Positions 28,735 to 38,448 of a stretch of 64,000 bases of DNA are shown one piece after another. The notes beneath the pieces were generated by a model that ran no database searches, was not told the origin of the DNA, and saw nothing but the letters and a program-made list of their open reading frames with translations. Source of the DNA: Burkholderiales bacterium (lineage in GTDB: Bacteria; Pseudomonadota; Gammaproteobacteria; Burkholderiales; JAEUOS01); assembly GCA_031362865.1 (NCBI GenBank), contig JANLTH010000125.1, positions 3,226-67,225 of the forward strand, in the 5' to 3' direction. Within the stretch, counting starts at the first letter, position 1. The number at the start of each line of letters is the position of its first letter. The position numbers and the translations under genes are program-made.

Positions 28735-30525
28735 CTAACCGTTCAATTCTTCAAGGGTGGCGCGAATCGCCGCCGGCTCGTCGGCGTGCAGCATGCGTGC
28801 GACCAGCCCGCTGGCGCGTTCATAGTTGGATTGCAGCACGGCTTGCTTGACTTCGAGAAGTTGCGCCGAGTGCATCGAAAACTGCTGCAATCCCATTCCG
28901 ATGAAGAGCCGCGCGTAGATTGGGTCTCCAGCCATTTCGCCACACACTGCAACCTCGATTTTGGCGCGATTGGCCATTGCGATGGTCTGCGCGATCAATT
29001 GCAGTACGGCTGGGTGGAGTGGATCGTAAAGATGCGCAACTTCTTCATCGGTGCGGTCGATCGCGAGTGTGTATTGAATCAAGTCGTTGGTGCCGATTGA
29101 CAAATAGTCGAGCTTGCGAATGAAGAGGCCCAAAGAGAGCGCGGCGGCCGGCACTTCGATCATGCCGCCCACTTTGATCTGCGCGTCGAACGCCAGTTCA
29201 CGGGCGGCCAACTGCAGCCGTGCTTGTTGCAGGTAGGAGAGCGCCAAGTCAATTTCATGGGCATGCGCCACCATCGGCAGCAGAATTTTTGCCGGGCCCA
29301 AGGCCGAGGCGCGCAGAATCGCCCGCAATTGCGCCATGAAAAGCTGTGGCTCAGCCAGCGAATAGCGAATTGCCCGCAGGCCGAGTGCCGGGTTGGCTTG
29401 CGAGCGCATGTGCTCGACCGTCTTGCCGCCAGCGAAGTCGAGCTTGTCGGCGCCGACATCAAGCGTGCGAATCGTTACCGGGCGGCCTGCCATGGCGCGC
29501 ACCACGCTGGCATAAGCCTCGTACTGCTCGTCTTCGGAAGGCAGGTCGCTGCGGTTCATGAAGAGAAATTCGGTACGGAACAGGCCAACACCTTGCGCAC
29601 CTGCTTCGAGCGCTGGTGCGACATCATCCGGCAACTCGATGTTGGCTTGCAGCGAGATTTCGCGCCCGTCTAACGTGACCGCCGGGGCAGTTTTGAGCCG
29701 TTTGAGCTTTTCGCGCCTGAGTGCCACCTCGCGTGCTTTGAGGCGGTACTCGTCAAGGATGTGGTCACTGGGCGCAACAATCAACACACCCGCCACACCG
29801 TCGATGATGAGCCACTCGCCTTCGGTCACTAGGCCATGAGCGTTTTTGATGCCGACGATGGCAGGCAGGGCGAGTGAACGCGCCATGATTGCGGTGTGGG
29901 CGGTGGCCCCGCCAACATCGGTCACAAACCCGGCAAACGAATGGTCTTTGAAGATCAACATGTCGGCGGGCGACAAGTCGTGCGCGACCACGATCATCTC
30001 GCCTTCTTGGGTGTTGTGCTGGGCGCGGCCTATGCTGCCGCTCTTGCCACCATACACCGATTGCGAATCAGTGGTCGCAAGCTTGGCCGCCATCATCACT
30101 TTGAGGACGCGCTCAACCACTTGCACGACGTCCTGTTTGCGCTCGCGCAGGTAGGCATCTTCGATTTCATCGAACTGCCGCACCAGCGCGTCCATTTGCT
30201 GCACCAGCGCCCATTCGGCGTTGCAGCGCGTACTGCGAATCAACTGGCGCGGGGTCTGCGACAAGGTCGCGTCCGAAAGGATCATCCAGTGCAAATCGAG
30301 GAAGGCCCCGAGTTCTGCCGGGCTGTGCTGGTTTAAGTCCTCATGCAGCGTTTTGAGCTCGTCTTGCGTGGTTTTGACGGCCGCATCAAAGCGCGCGATT
30401 TCAGCATCGACACGCTCAGGCTCGACCAAATAGTGCGACACCTCGCGAGTCGCGTGGGTGATGCGATGCGCGCGTCCGATGGCAATGCCACCGGAAACTG
30501 AGATGCCGTGCAGTGTAAAACTCAT
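28735..30525 (-). CDS. ptsI: Phosphoenolpyruvate-protein phosphotransferase (PTS enzyme I, no GAF domain)
   Basis: [21 protein letters not shown]-terminus, phospho-His region [14 protein letters not shown], and a PEP-utiliser C-terminal TIM barrel ([11 protein letters not shown]). Confidence 0.9.
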   Translation of the reverse strand: MSFTLHGISVSGGIAIGRAHRITHATREVSHYLVEPERVDAEIARFDAAVKTTQDELKTLHEDLNQHSPAELGAFLDLHWMILSDATLSQTPRQLIRSTRCNAEWALVQQMDALVRQFDEIEDAYLRERKQDVVQVVERVLKVMMAAKLATTDSQSVYGGKSGSIGRAQHNTQEGEMIVVAHDLSPADMLIFKDHSFAGFVTDVGGATAHTAIMARSLALPAIVGIKNAHGLVTEGEWLIIDGVAGVLIVAPSDHILDEYRLKAREVALRREKLKRLKTAPAVTLDGREISLQANIELPDDVAPALEAGAQGVGLFRTEFLFMNRSDLPSEDEQYEAYASVVRAMAGRPVTIRTLDVGADKLDFAGGKTVEHMRSQANPALGLRAIRYSLAEPQLFMAQLRAILRASALGPAKILLPMVAHAHEIDLALSYLQQARLQLAARELAFDAQIKVGGMIEVPAAALSLGLFIRKLDYLSIGTNDLIQYTLAIDRTDEEVAHLYDPLHPAVLQLIAQTIAMANRAKIEVAVCGEMAGDPIYARLFIGMGLQQFSMHSAQLLEVKQAVLQSNYERASGLVARMLHADEPAAIRATLEELNG

Positions 30526-30676
30526 TGATGGGAAGGCTCGTTGAAGTGTGCGAACGCAGAAAGCAGAAACGCTCTCTGGCTGAACTTACCATGCGCCGGG
30601 AAGCCTGATCCGGCCGGGTGTGCCAAACATCACGATTCAGACAGTTTTTGCCCGAATTGGGGAAGCTTTACTGGCC

Positions 30677-31597
30677 CTACTCGGCGAGTTGAATCAGCTC
30701 AAGCGCCATCTTGAAGAGCGGGTGGTCAGGTTCGCCCAGGGCATCACACACCGTGAAATGATTTCGCCCCACCACGTGAAGATTGGCGTGCAGATTGGGT
30801 TTCCAGCGATTCGCCAAACTGTCGCACTGCCGAATGAACTCGGAAGATTCGTCGGCCCCCACTGCGGTGACCAGCGGCGCGTGACTGGCGAGCGGCAGCC
30901 ACGCGGGTGAGAGGCGCGGTACATCAGCGGCTTGCAGCCTCAAGTCCGTGTTGAGAAATGGCGTATGGAGCATCGGTTCGAGATCATGCACGCCTGAAAT
31001 GCTGATGCAACCTTTGATGAGGTCGACTGGCAGCGTGCCGTGCCAGCGCGGCCATCGCGCGGCCAGCATCATTGCCGCCAAATGCCCGCCTGCCGAATGG
31101 CCAGCCGTGTAGATGCGGTGTGGGTCGCATCCCCACTGCCCGGCGTGCAGAAACAGCCAAGTGTGGGCGCTGAGCATTTGCCGCGTGATGGTTTCAATCG
31201 TGACCGTCGGGCACAGGTCGTAGTTCACCACCGCCACCGCCACGCCGTGCTCGACAAATGGCGCTGCGAGATAGGAGAAATCGCTCTTGTCGAGCGAGCG
31301 CCAATAGCCGCCGTGAATGAACACCAAAATCGGTGGATGCGCATGCAGCGCGCCACGCACGTGCGTATTCGCATGGCTGCCCGGCGGTGGGCGACGCGCG
31401 GGAAAGAAGTCCAAAGTTTCTTTGCCGCTCGGACCATAAGGGATCTCGATCAGCGCGCCGGTGGTGGTGCGCAAGCGCGCCCGCACCGTAGCTGAGTCAG
31501 CTTGCCAGCGCGCGAAGATCGCCGCATGGTCGGGAACTAACGCGCGGTTGTTGTATTCGCGGTTGTAGAAATCAGAGTCTGCGTGGGGCTGCGCCAT
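30677..31597 (-). CDS. Alpha/beta hydrolase (arylformamidase/esterase-like)
   Basis: Oxyanion HGGYW motif (FIHGGYW), nucleophile elbow GHSAGGH, and an N-terminal YNNRALVPD pattern typical of this esterase group. Confidence 0.8.
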   Translation of the reverse strand: MAQPHADSDFYNREYNNRALVPDHAAIFARWQADSATVRARLRTTTGALIEIPYGPSGKETLDFFPARRPPPGSHANTHVRGALHAHPPILVFIHGGYWRSLDKSDFSYLAAPFVEHGVAVAVVNYDLCPTVTIETITRQMLSAHTWLFLHAGQWGCDPHRIYTAGHSAGGHLAAMMLAARWPRWHGTLPVDLIKGCISISGVHDLEPMLHTPFLNTDLRLQAADVPRLSPAWLPLASHAPLVTAVGADESSEFIRQCDSLANRWKPNLHANLHVVGRNHFTVCDALGEPDHPLFKMALELIQLAE

Positions 31598-31726
31598 GTG
31601 AAACTCCTTTCAGCGCGCAAGCGCGTACGGGGGAAGAAGAGTTATACCCTTTTGGTCGTGCAGCCGCTACTTTGGCTCTCGATTACGCAAATTGCGGGCT
31701 TGGCGAAACCAATTGGCCCCGCCGTA

Positions 31727-34420
31727 TCAGGTCAATGTTTTTGACACCACCTCAAACGTATCTTTCGACAACTGCGGTGTTTTGGCCACAGCTTCCAGCG
31801 CGGCTTTGGCTAGCGCCCGCCGCTTCGGCTCGAACTTATGCCAAGCGCTCAAGGCGCGTGCCAAGCGCGCGGCGACTTGCGGATTAAACGCATCAATCGC
31901 CACCACTTGCTCGCTCCAAAAACGGTAGCCTGCGCCATCGGCCCGATGAAATTGCGCCGGATTGGCATTGCAAAAAGCCCCGACCAAGGCGCGCAGCTTG
32001 TTCGGATTTTTAGGCAGAAAGCTTGGGTGGCTTTGCAGCTTTTGCACCTGGGTCAAAGTAGTGCTGTGCGGCGCGGCGGCTTGCAGCGTGAACCACTTGT
32101 CCATCACCAGCGCATCGCCTGCAAAGCGGGTTTGAAAGTCGCGCAGATGGTTGTCGCGCACTGGTGCCTGGATGAGCATCAGGGCGGCCAAGGCACCCAT
32201 GCGGTCGGTCATGTTGCTTGCGGCCTGGTACTGTTTGTCAGCCAAAATCACTGCTTCCCGGTCGCCCAATCGGGCCAGCCAGCCGAGCAGCAGGTTGCGC
32301 AAAGCGCGCTTGCCCGCCGGGCCTGGGGTGGGTGAATAGGCCGCCGCCTTGACTTCCAGGCTGCGCAGCGACGCTTCCAGTTCGCGGCGCAGCGACTTGG
32401 CGATACTGCCGATCAAATACTCGCGCGCTGCGTGAATCGCGCTATGGTCGATTTCTTCCAGTTGCTCGGCCAATACCGTTTCAGAGGGCAGCAGCAAGGC
32501 CTCGGCTTTGAAGGCAGCATCCAGCGCGTGGTCGGCCAGCACCCGCTGCACCGCGGCGATGATGGTTTTGTCAGCCTTGAGCGCCCGCTTGGCGCGCACC
32601 GAGGCGGTCATCGCCAACAGCGTTCGGGTGAACAGGCGCTGCCCGGCTTCCCAGCGGTTGAAAGGGTCGTTGTCGTGAGTGAACAGGAACACCAACTCGG
32701 CATCGCTGTAGCTGAAATCGACGATCACCGGGGCCGAAAATCCGCGTAGCAGTGAAGGCACGGGCTTCACCTTGATACCCTCGAAGACCAGCACATTTTC
32801 GCTACCGGTCAGCCACAGCGTGCGCGTGGTCGCGCCCGCTTGGGCTTCGCCAACCAAGCGCAAGGGCAGGTCGCGACCTTGCGGCCCCACCAAGCCTAAG
32901 CTGAACGGAATCAAAAAGGGTTGCTTGGTTTCCTGGCCGGGCGTGGCACGAGCGGTTTGCCGCAAACGCAGCGTGTAGGTCTGGGTTGCCGCGTCGTACT
33001 CACCCTCAGCGTGCAGGCGCGGCGTGCCGGCTTGTGCATACCAGCGCTTAAATTGCATGAACTCGGCATTCGAAAACGCCTCTGGGTTGGCGTCGCGCAT
33101 CGCTTGGGCAAAGTCGTCGCAGGTCACGGCTTGGCCGTCGTGGCGCTGAAAATACAAATCCATGCCTTTGCGAAAGCCCGCGCGCCCCAGCAAGGTTTGG
33201 ATCATCCGCACCACTTCTGCGCCTTTTTCGTAAATCGTGACGGTGTAGAAGTTATTGATTTCGAGATAAGCCTCGGGCCTGACCGGGTGTGCCATCGGGC
33301 CTGCATCTTCCGGGAATTGCGCCGCGCGCAAGACCCGCACATCGCCAATCCGGCGGGTCGCGGCGGCGGAAGGCGAGCCTGCCATGTCCATCGAAAACTC
33401 TTGGTCACGAAATACCGTCAAGCCTTCTTTAAGCGACAACTGAAACCAGTCGCGACAGGTGACCCGGTTGCCGGTCCAGTTGTGAAAATATTCATGCGCA
33501 ATCACCGACTCGATACCGTCAAAATCGGCATCGGTGGCTGTTTCCGGTTTGGCCAGCACATACTTGGTGTTGAAGATGTTCAGGCCTTTGTTTTCCATCG
33601 CGCCCATGTTGAAGTCGCCGACCGCGACCACCATGTATTGCTCCAAATCGAGTTCGAGGCCGTAGCGCTCTTCGTCCCAGGCAATCGACTTTTTGAGCGA
33701 CTCCATTGCGTGCGCGGTCTGGTCGAGGTCTTTTTCTTCGACATACACCTGCAAGAGCTTTTGCTTGCCCGACCCGGTTTTGATTTTTGCTTCGACCTTG
33801 GCAAGCTTGCCTGCGACCAAAGCAAACAAGTAGGCAGGCTTGGCAAACGGGTCCACCCAGCGCGCCATATGGCGACCGTCGTCGAGCGTTTTCTTCTCGC
33901 GCAGATTACCGTTGGAGAGCAGCACCGGGAACTGGGCCTTGTCGGCGATCAGCGTCACGGCGTACTTCGCCATCACGTCTGGCCGGTCTGGGAAGTACAT
34001 GATCTTGCGGAAGCCTTCTGCCTCGCATTGCGTAAAAAAGTTGCCACCTGAGACATACAAGCCCATCAGCGAGGTGTTTTTCGAAGGCGCAATGTCCACC
34101 ACGATGGTGAGTGTGAACTTCTCGGTCGGCAAGGCTAGCGTGACCGTCAGCCCGTCGCTGTGCAGCCGGTATTGGTCGCGTTTGAGCGGCGTATCGCCCA
34201 GCGCAATCGAGACTAGCGCCAGATCGATGCCGTCCAGGCGCAGTGCCGGGCTGCCGTGGCGCTTGTCGTTGCGGCGCATTTTGAGCACGCCCGTGACCCG
34301 GGTTTTGACTGGGTCAAGCTCAAAACTGAGATCAACGTGATCGACCAAAAATGCGGGCGGCTGGTAGTCGGCCAACAGCGTGGCTTGGGGTGTGGCTTGG
34401 GGTGTGACTTGCTGAGTCAT
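31727..34420 (-). CDS. pepN: Aminopeptidase N
   Basis: 897 aa with GAMEN (MGAMENKG) and zinc motif HEYFHNWTGNRVT...LSLKEGLTVF. Confidence 0.95.
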   Translation of the reverse strand: MTQQVTPQATPQATLLADYQPPAFLVDHVDLSFELDPVKTRVTGVLKMRRNDKRHGSPALRLDGIDLALVSIALGDTPLKRDQYRLHSDGLTVTLALPTEKFTLTIVVDIAPSKNTSLMGLYVSGGNFFTQCEAEGFRKIMYFPDRPDVMAKYAVTLIADKAQFPVLLSNGNLREKKTLDDGRHMARWVDPFAKPAYLFALVAGKLAKVEAKIKTGSGKQKLLQVYVEEKDLDQTAHAMESLKKSIAWDEERYGLELDLEQYMVVAVGDFNMGAMENKGLNIFNTKYVLAKPETATDADFDGIESVIAHEYFHNWTGNRVTCRDWFQLSLKEGLTVFRDQEFSMDMAGSPSAAATRRIGDVRVLRAAQFPEDAGPMAHPVRPEAYLEINNFYTVTIYEKGAEVVRMIQTLLGRAGFRKGMDLYFQRHDGQAVTCDDFAQAMRDANPEAFSNAEFMQFKRWYAQAGTPRLHAEGEYDAATQTYTLRLRQTARATPGQETKQPFLIPFSLGLVGPQGRDLPLRLVGEAQAGATTRTLWLTGSENVLVFEGIKVKPVPSLLRGFSAPVIVDFSYSDAELVFLFTHDNDPFNRWEAGQRLFTRTLLAMTASVRAKRALKADKTIIAAVQRVLADHALDAAFKAEALLLPSETVLAEQLEEIDHSAIHAAREYLIGSIAKSLRRELEASLRSLEVKAAAYSPTPGPAGKRALRNLLLGWLARLGDREAVILADKQYQAASNMTDRMGALAALMLIQAPVRDNHLRDFQTRFAGDALVMDKWFTLQAAAPHSTTLTQVQKLQSHPSFLPKNPNKLRALVGAFCNANPAQFHRADGAGYRFWSEQVVAIDAFNPQVAARLARALSAWHKFEPKRRALAKAALEAVAKTPQLSKDTFEVVSKTLT

Positions 34421-34587
34421 CGGGCTGCCTGGCGCAGGGCCAGAAGGTTCGCTTGGGGCAGGTAGTCTAGCAGCGCGGGTTCAGTGCGGGTTTCTAGCGG
34501 ATGCCGTGCGTGATTCGCCTAACGAAGCGGTGGCGGCGTGGTACGCTTCAAGCCGCATTTCACCTCATCAATCGGATCATCGTAATC

Positions 34588-35559
34588 ATGAAAATCGCCA
34601 TTATGGGCACCGGGGCCGTCGGCGGCTACTTTGGTGCTTTGCTCGCCCGTGCCGGGCATGAAGTCACGTTTATCGCGCGCGGCCAGCAACTGACGGCGCT
34701 GCGCACCAAGGGCTTGCGGATCGACGACCCGCGCCTGGATCAGGGCGGTTTCACGCTCACGCCGTGCCGTGCGACTGACAACCCAGCCGAGGTCGGCGTG
34801 GTCGATGTCATTCTTTTTTGCGTCAAGCTCTACGATACCGAAAGTGCTGCTGCGCAATGCCGCCCCATGCTGGGCGAGCAGACGGCGCTAATCACGCTGC
34901 AAAACGGCGTTGATGCGCAAGACCGCATTGCCGGCACCTTGGGTGCCGCGTGGGCGGCGAATGTCGCCGGTGGCTTTGCGCTCGTCTCTGGCGTGATTAC
35001 CGAGCCTGGGGTGATGAAATACACCTCAGCGATGTCGTCCTTAATTTTCGGAGTCGATCAAGATGTGTCGGGCGATGCCGCAAGAGCCAAGCTGGGCGCG
35101 CTTCTTCAGGCACTCGCCGAGGCGGGAAATGAGGCCGGTTTCAACGCTTCAGTAGCCGACGACATTCGCGCGGCGCAATGGAGCAAGTTTGTCGGGTTGT
35201 GCAGCAACGCTGCGCTTTCTTGTGTGGTTAGACAACCCGCAGGCATCACCTACCACACGCCGGAAACGGTGGAGTTGGCCAAGGCTGCGTTTGCCGAGGT
35301 GGCCGCCGTCGGGCGCGCCAAGGGCTTGACACTGCCGCCGGGCATTGAAGCGCGTGCTCTTGCGGCGCATCAGAGCTTTCCGTTTGGCATGTATGCCTCG
35401 ATGTTTCATGATCTGCGCCAAGGCCGCAAGATCGAGCTCGAAAGCTTGTCTGGCGTGGTGGTGCGTGAAGGCCTGCGCTTGGGTGTGCCCACGCCGGTAC
35501 ACTCGATGTGCTACGCGGTGTTGAAGCCCTACGTCGATGGCGCTCCCCGTGAGGCGTGA
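34588..35559 (+). CDS. panE: 2-dehydropantoate 2-reductase (ApbA/PanE family)
   Basis: Start MKIAIMGTGAVGGYFG (ATG 34588). The ApbA N- and C-terminal domain pattern is present (..LQNG.., E.....G). Confidence 0.8.
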   Translation: MKIAIMGTGAVGGYFGALLARAGHEVTFIARGQQLTALRTKGLRIDDPRLDQGGFTLTPCRATDNPAEVGVVDVILFCVKLYDTESAAAQCRPMLGEQTALITLQNGVDAQDRIAGTLGAAWAANVAGGFALVSGVITEPGVMKYTSAMSSLIFGVDQDVSGDAARAKLGALLQALAEAGNEAGFNASVADDIRAAQWSKFVGLCSNAALSCVVRQPAGITYHTPETVELAKAAFAEVAAVGRAKGLTLPPGIEARALAAHQSFPFGMYASMFHDLRQGRKIELESLSGVVVREGLRLGVPTPVHSMCYAVLKPYVDGAPREA

Positions 35560-35620
35560 GGCGTTTGGCGTCAGGTTCGTGGCGGATTGACCTTGGCGTA
35601 TTTTTCTTGGCGCTTCTTTT

Positions 35621-37249
35621 ATGCACAGCTACTTCGAGTACACCCACTACCCTTATCAACCGGTTCCGTTAGTTGAAGCGGCCGATCCGCAGCGTCATGC
35701 CATCACCATTGTGGGTGGCGGGCCGATTGGTCTGACACTGGCTTTGGGGCTGGCGCGGCAGGGCGTGAAGTCGGTGGTGATTGAGCCGCGCGATTGCGTT
35801 TCGTTGGGCAGCCGTGCCACTTGCATCTCACGCCGCTCGATGGAAATTTTTGCCGCCACCGGCTGTGCATCACGCATTTTGGTGGAAGGCTTGAACTGGA
35901 CTTCAGGCACGAGCTATTACCGTGAAAAGCCGATCTACCGGTTGCAAATGCCGATGGATGCGAACCAGCGCTTTTACCCGATGGTGAACATGCAACAGTG
36001 CATGCTGGAGCAATGCATTTTGGACGAAGTGCTCACCCGCAGTAATTTGATTGAACTGCGCTGGCAGAGCAAGGTGATGAGCGTAGCGCATGACGCAGAG
36101 GGTGCGCGCTTGCAGATCGAATCGCCCCAAGGCAGTTACGCGATCGAGAGCGACTATGTGGTCGCCTGCGACGGCGCGCGCGGCGTGGTGCGCCAGGCGC
36201 TGGGTCTCAAATTTGCGGGCACACAGTACGAAGGCACTTACATCATTGTCGATATCCATCTGAAGTCAGAGTATCCGACTGAGCGCCGCGCCTGGTTCGA
36301 CCCGCCTTCCAACCCGGGTGCAACGATTTTGATGCACAAGCAGCCGCGTGACATCTGGCGAGTGGACTACCAATTGCGCGACGACGAAGATGCCGCAGAG
36401 GCGGTCAAGCCGGAGCAGGTGCTGCCACGCGTCAAGGCGCACTTGGACTGGATTGGTGAGACTGGCACATGGGAACCCGTGTGGATCTCCTCCTACAAAG
36501 CCAATTGCCTCACGCTGGAAAAGTACAACCATGGGCGCGTGCTGTTTGCAGGCGATGCGGCGCATCTGGTACCCATTTTTGGCGTGCGTGGCTTGAATAG
36601 CGGCATCGACGACAGCTTCAATCTGGCGTGGAAACTGGCTTATGTCGTCAAAGGAATCGCCGCACCGTTGCTGCTCGACACTTACTCTGACGAGCGGGTA
36701 TTTGCTGCGCGGCAAAACATTGCTGCGGGGGCCAAGAGCACCGAGATGATGGCTCCGCCCTCGCACGGCTTTGATCTGATGCGCCAAGCGGCGCTGTCGC
36801 TCGCAGCCGAGCAGCCGATGGGTGAAAGCAGCTTTGCCAGCCTGGTCAATCCACGCCAGACTTCGGCGATCACCTATCTGGAGAGTCGCTTGAATTCAGC
36901 ATCTTCGGACGCTATTGCCCCAAGAGTCGCTCTGGGCGCGGTTCTTCCGGAGTATCCGTGGAAGAGTGTTGATGCAGGAGGTTCTTCAGGCATGCATTTA
37001 TCAGAACAATTGGGCAAGGGGTTCACCATTCTGGTGTTCGCCGAGGCCGCCCCCGACCTGCGCAATTTGCCCGCACCCGCGACCGTACTGGCGCTGGGTG
37101 CGCGTGCGAGCGTGCCCGCGCTGTACGAATTTTTTTCCGCCGAAGAAGGTGTCACGATTGTGCTGCGGCCCGACGCGCACGTGCTGGCCAAATTTGCTCA
37201 CGCTGATCTTGCGCGGGTTTGCGCGGCAATTCAATCCGCCCTGCGGTAG
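35621..37249 (+). CDS. FAD-dependent aromatic-ring monooxygenase (MhpA/MhaA-like)
   Basis: ITIVGGGPIGLTLA dinucleotide motif, DG..G (ACDGARGVVR) and GD..H (FAGDAAHLVPIFGVRGLNSGIDD) fingerprints, and a C-terminal thioredoxin-like extension. 542 aa. Confidence 0.85.
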   Translation: MHSYFEYTHYPYQPVPLVEAADPQRHAITIVGGGPIGLTLALGLARQGVKSVVIEPRDCVSLGSRATCISRRSMEIFAATGCASRILVEGLNWTSGTSYYREKPIYRLQMPMDANQRFYPMVNMQQCMLEQCILDEVLTRSNLIELRWQSKVMSVAHDAEGARLQIESPQGSYAIESDYVVACDGARGVVRQALGLKFAGTQYEGTYIIVDIHLKSEYPTERRAWFDPPSNPGATILMHKQPRDIWRVDYQLRDDEDAAEAVKPEQVLPRVKAHLDWIGETGTWEPVWISSYKANCLTLEKYNHGRVLFAGDAAHLVPIFGVRGLNSGIDDSFNLAWKLAYVVKGIAAPLLLDTYSDERVFAARQNIAAGAKSTEMMAPPSHGFDLMRQAALSLAAEQPMGESSFASLVNPRQTSAITYLESRLNSASSDAIAPRVALGAVLPEYPWKSVDAGGSSGMHLSEQLGKGFTILVFAEAAPDLRNLPAPATVLALGARASVPALYEFFSAEEGVTIVLRPDAHVLAKFAHADLARVCAAIQSALR

Positions 37250-37260
37250 AAAGAAAATCC

Positions 37261-37434
37261 ATGCTCACCGACACTGAACTTGCCGAAGCCTATACCGCCA
37301 CATGCCATGCGGTCAGCGCAGCGGGTGAACGCTCCGAATTGTATCTGGCCCGCTTAAGCTTGCTCTTGATGAAAGAATTGGGTGACCCCAAGCGCATCCA
37401 AGCGGCGATCAGCCAAGCGCAGTTATCTGATTGA
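37261..37434 (+). CDS. DUF2783 small protein (MhaB-like hydroxylase partner)
   Basis: 57 aa from ATG 37261: MLTDTELAEAYTATCHAVSAAGERSELYLARLSLLLMKELGDPKRIQAAISQA. It sits immediately after the FAD monooxygenase, the usual DUF2783 context. Confidence 0.65.
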   Translation: MLTDTELAEAYTATCHAVSAAGERSELYLARLSLLLMKELGDPKRIQAAISQAQLSD

Positions 37435-37472
37435 ACCTGACCCGATTGAACCCAACCGAAAGGAAGTGAATC

Positions 37473-38378
37473 ATGTACCAAAAAGACATTCTCAAAGGCA
37501 AACGACTTCTCGTCACCGGCGGCGGCACAGGCTTGGGGCGCGGCATGGTCGAGCACTTTTTGCAACACGGCGCGGAGATTTTTATCTGCGGGCGGCGCAA
37601 AGGCGTGGCGGACGATGCCGCCGCTGAAATGATGAAACAATTCGGCGGCAAGGTCACGGCCTTTGGCGTGGACATCCGCGATGCCGCAGCGGTGGACGAG
37701 ATGGTGGAGACCATCTTCACCTCCGGCTCTCTCGACGGCTTGGTCAACAATGCTGCTGGCAACTTCATCAGCCGCACCGAAGACATTTCGCCGCGCGGCT
37801 TTGACGCGGTCGCCAACATCGTGATGCATGGCACTTTTTATGTCACCACCGCAGTGGGCAAACGCTGGGTGGCAGCCGCCAAGGCGAACCCGTGGAAGCC
37901 GGGCATGCCGATGAAGAGTGTCATGTCGATCATCACCACTTGGGTCACTAACGGCGCGGCCTATGTCGTGCCTTCGGCAATGAGCAAATCGGCAATTCAC
38001 GCCATGACCATGTCGCTTGCCACCGAATGGGCCAAACACGGCGTGCGCTTGAACGCCATCGGCCCCGGCGAAATTCCCACTGAAGGCATGAACAAACGCC
38101 TTTCGCCCGGCATGACCCCGGGTGAACGCACCGCCAAGAGCAACCCGATGATGCGCGCCGGTGAAATGCTCGAGCTGCAAAATCTGGCGACTTTTCTGAT
38201 GAGCGATGGCTGCAACTGGCTCTCCGGCCAATCGATCATGATGGATGGCGCGGGTTATCTCGCGCACGGCGGCGGCTTTTACTCCACGCTCAAAGACTGG
38301 AGCGACCAGCAATGGACCGATGCCCGCGCCGCGATTGAGGTGGTGAATAAGAAAGACCGGGCGGCACGGACGGCGTAG
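37473..38378 (+). CDS. SDR family oxidoreductase (2,4-dienoyl-CoA reductase-like)
   Basis: LVTGGGTGLGRGM cofactor motif, NNAAGNF, and a catalytic region SAMSKSA. 301 aa. Confidence 0.85.
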   Translation: MYQKDILKGKRLLVTGGGTGLGRGMVEHFLQHGAEIFICGRRKGVADDAAAEMMKQFGGKVTAFGVDIRDAAAVDEMVETIFTSGSLDGLVNNAAGNFISRTEDISPRGFDAVANIVMHGTFYVTTAVGKRWVAAAKANPWKPGMPMKSVMSIITTWVTNGAAYVVPSAMSKSAIHAMTMSLATEWAKHGVRLNAIGPGEIPTEGMNKRLSPGMTPGERTAKSNPMMRAGEMLELQNLATFLMSDGCNWLSGQSIMMDGAGYLAHGGGFYSTLKDWSDQQWTDARAAIEVVNKKDRAARTA

Positions 38379-38433
38379 AGGAAAAATGCTTCTCGGAGAG
38401 TGAGTTGTTATACTGTTTTTATTATCAATTTTA

Positions 38434-38447
38434 GAGACGGTCGTCTC
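38434..38447 (+). promoter_or_regulatory. Inverted repeat GAGACG-GT-CGTCTC abutting the methyltransferase start codon
   Basis: Perfect 6-bp arms ending 1 nt before ATG 38449, within an AT-rich leader (ttatactgtttttattatcaatttta). It could be an operator or an mRNA hairpin over the ribosome-binding region. Confidence 0.3.
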
Positions 38448-38448
38448 C

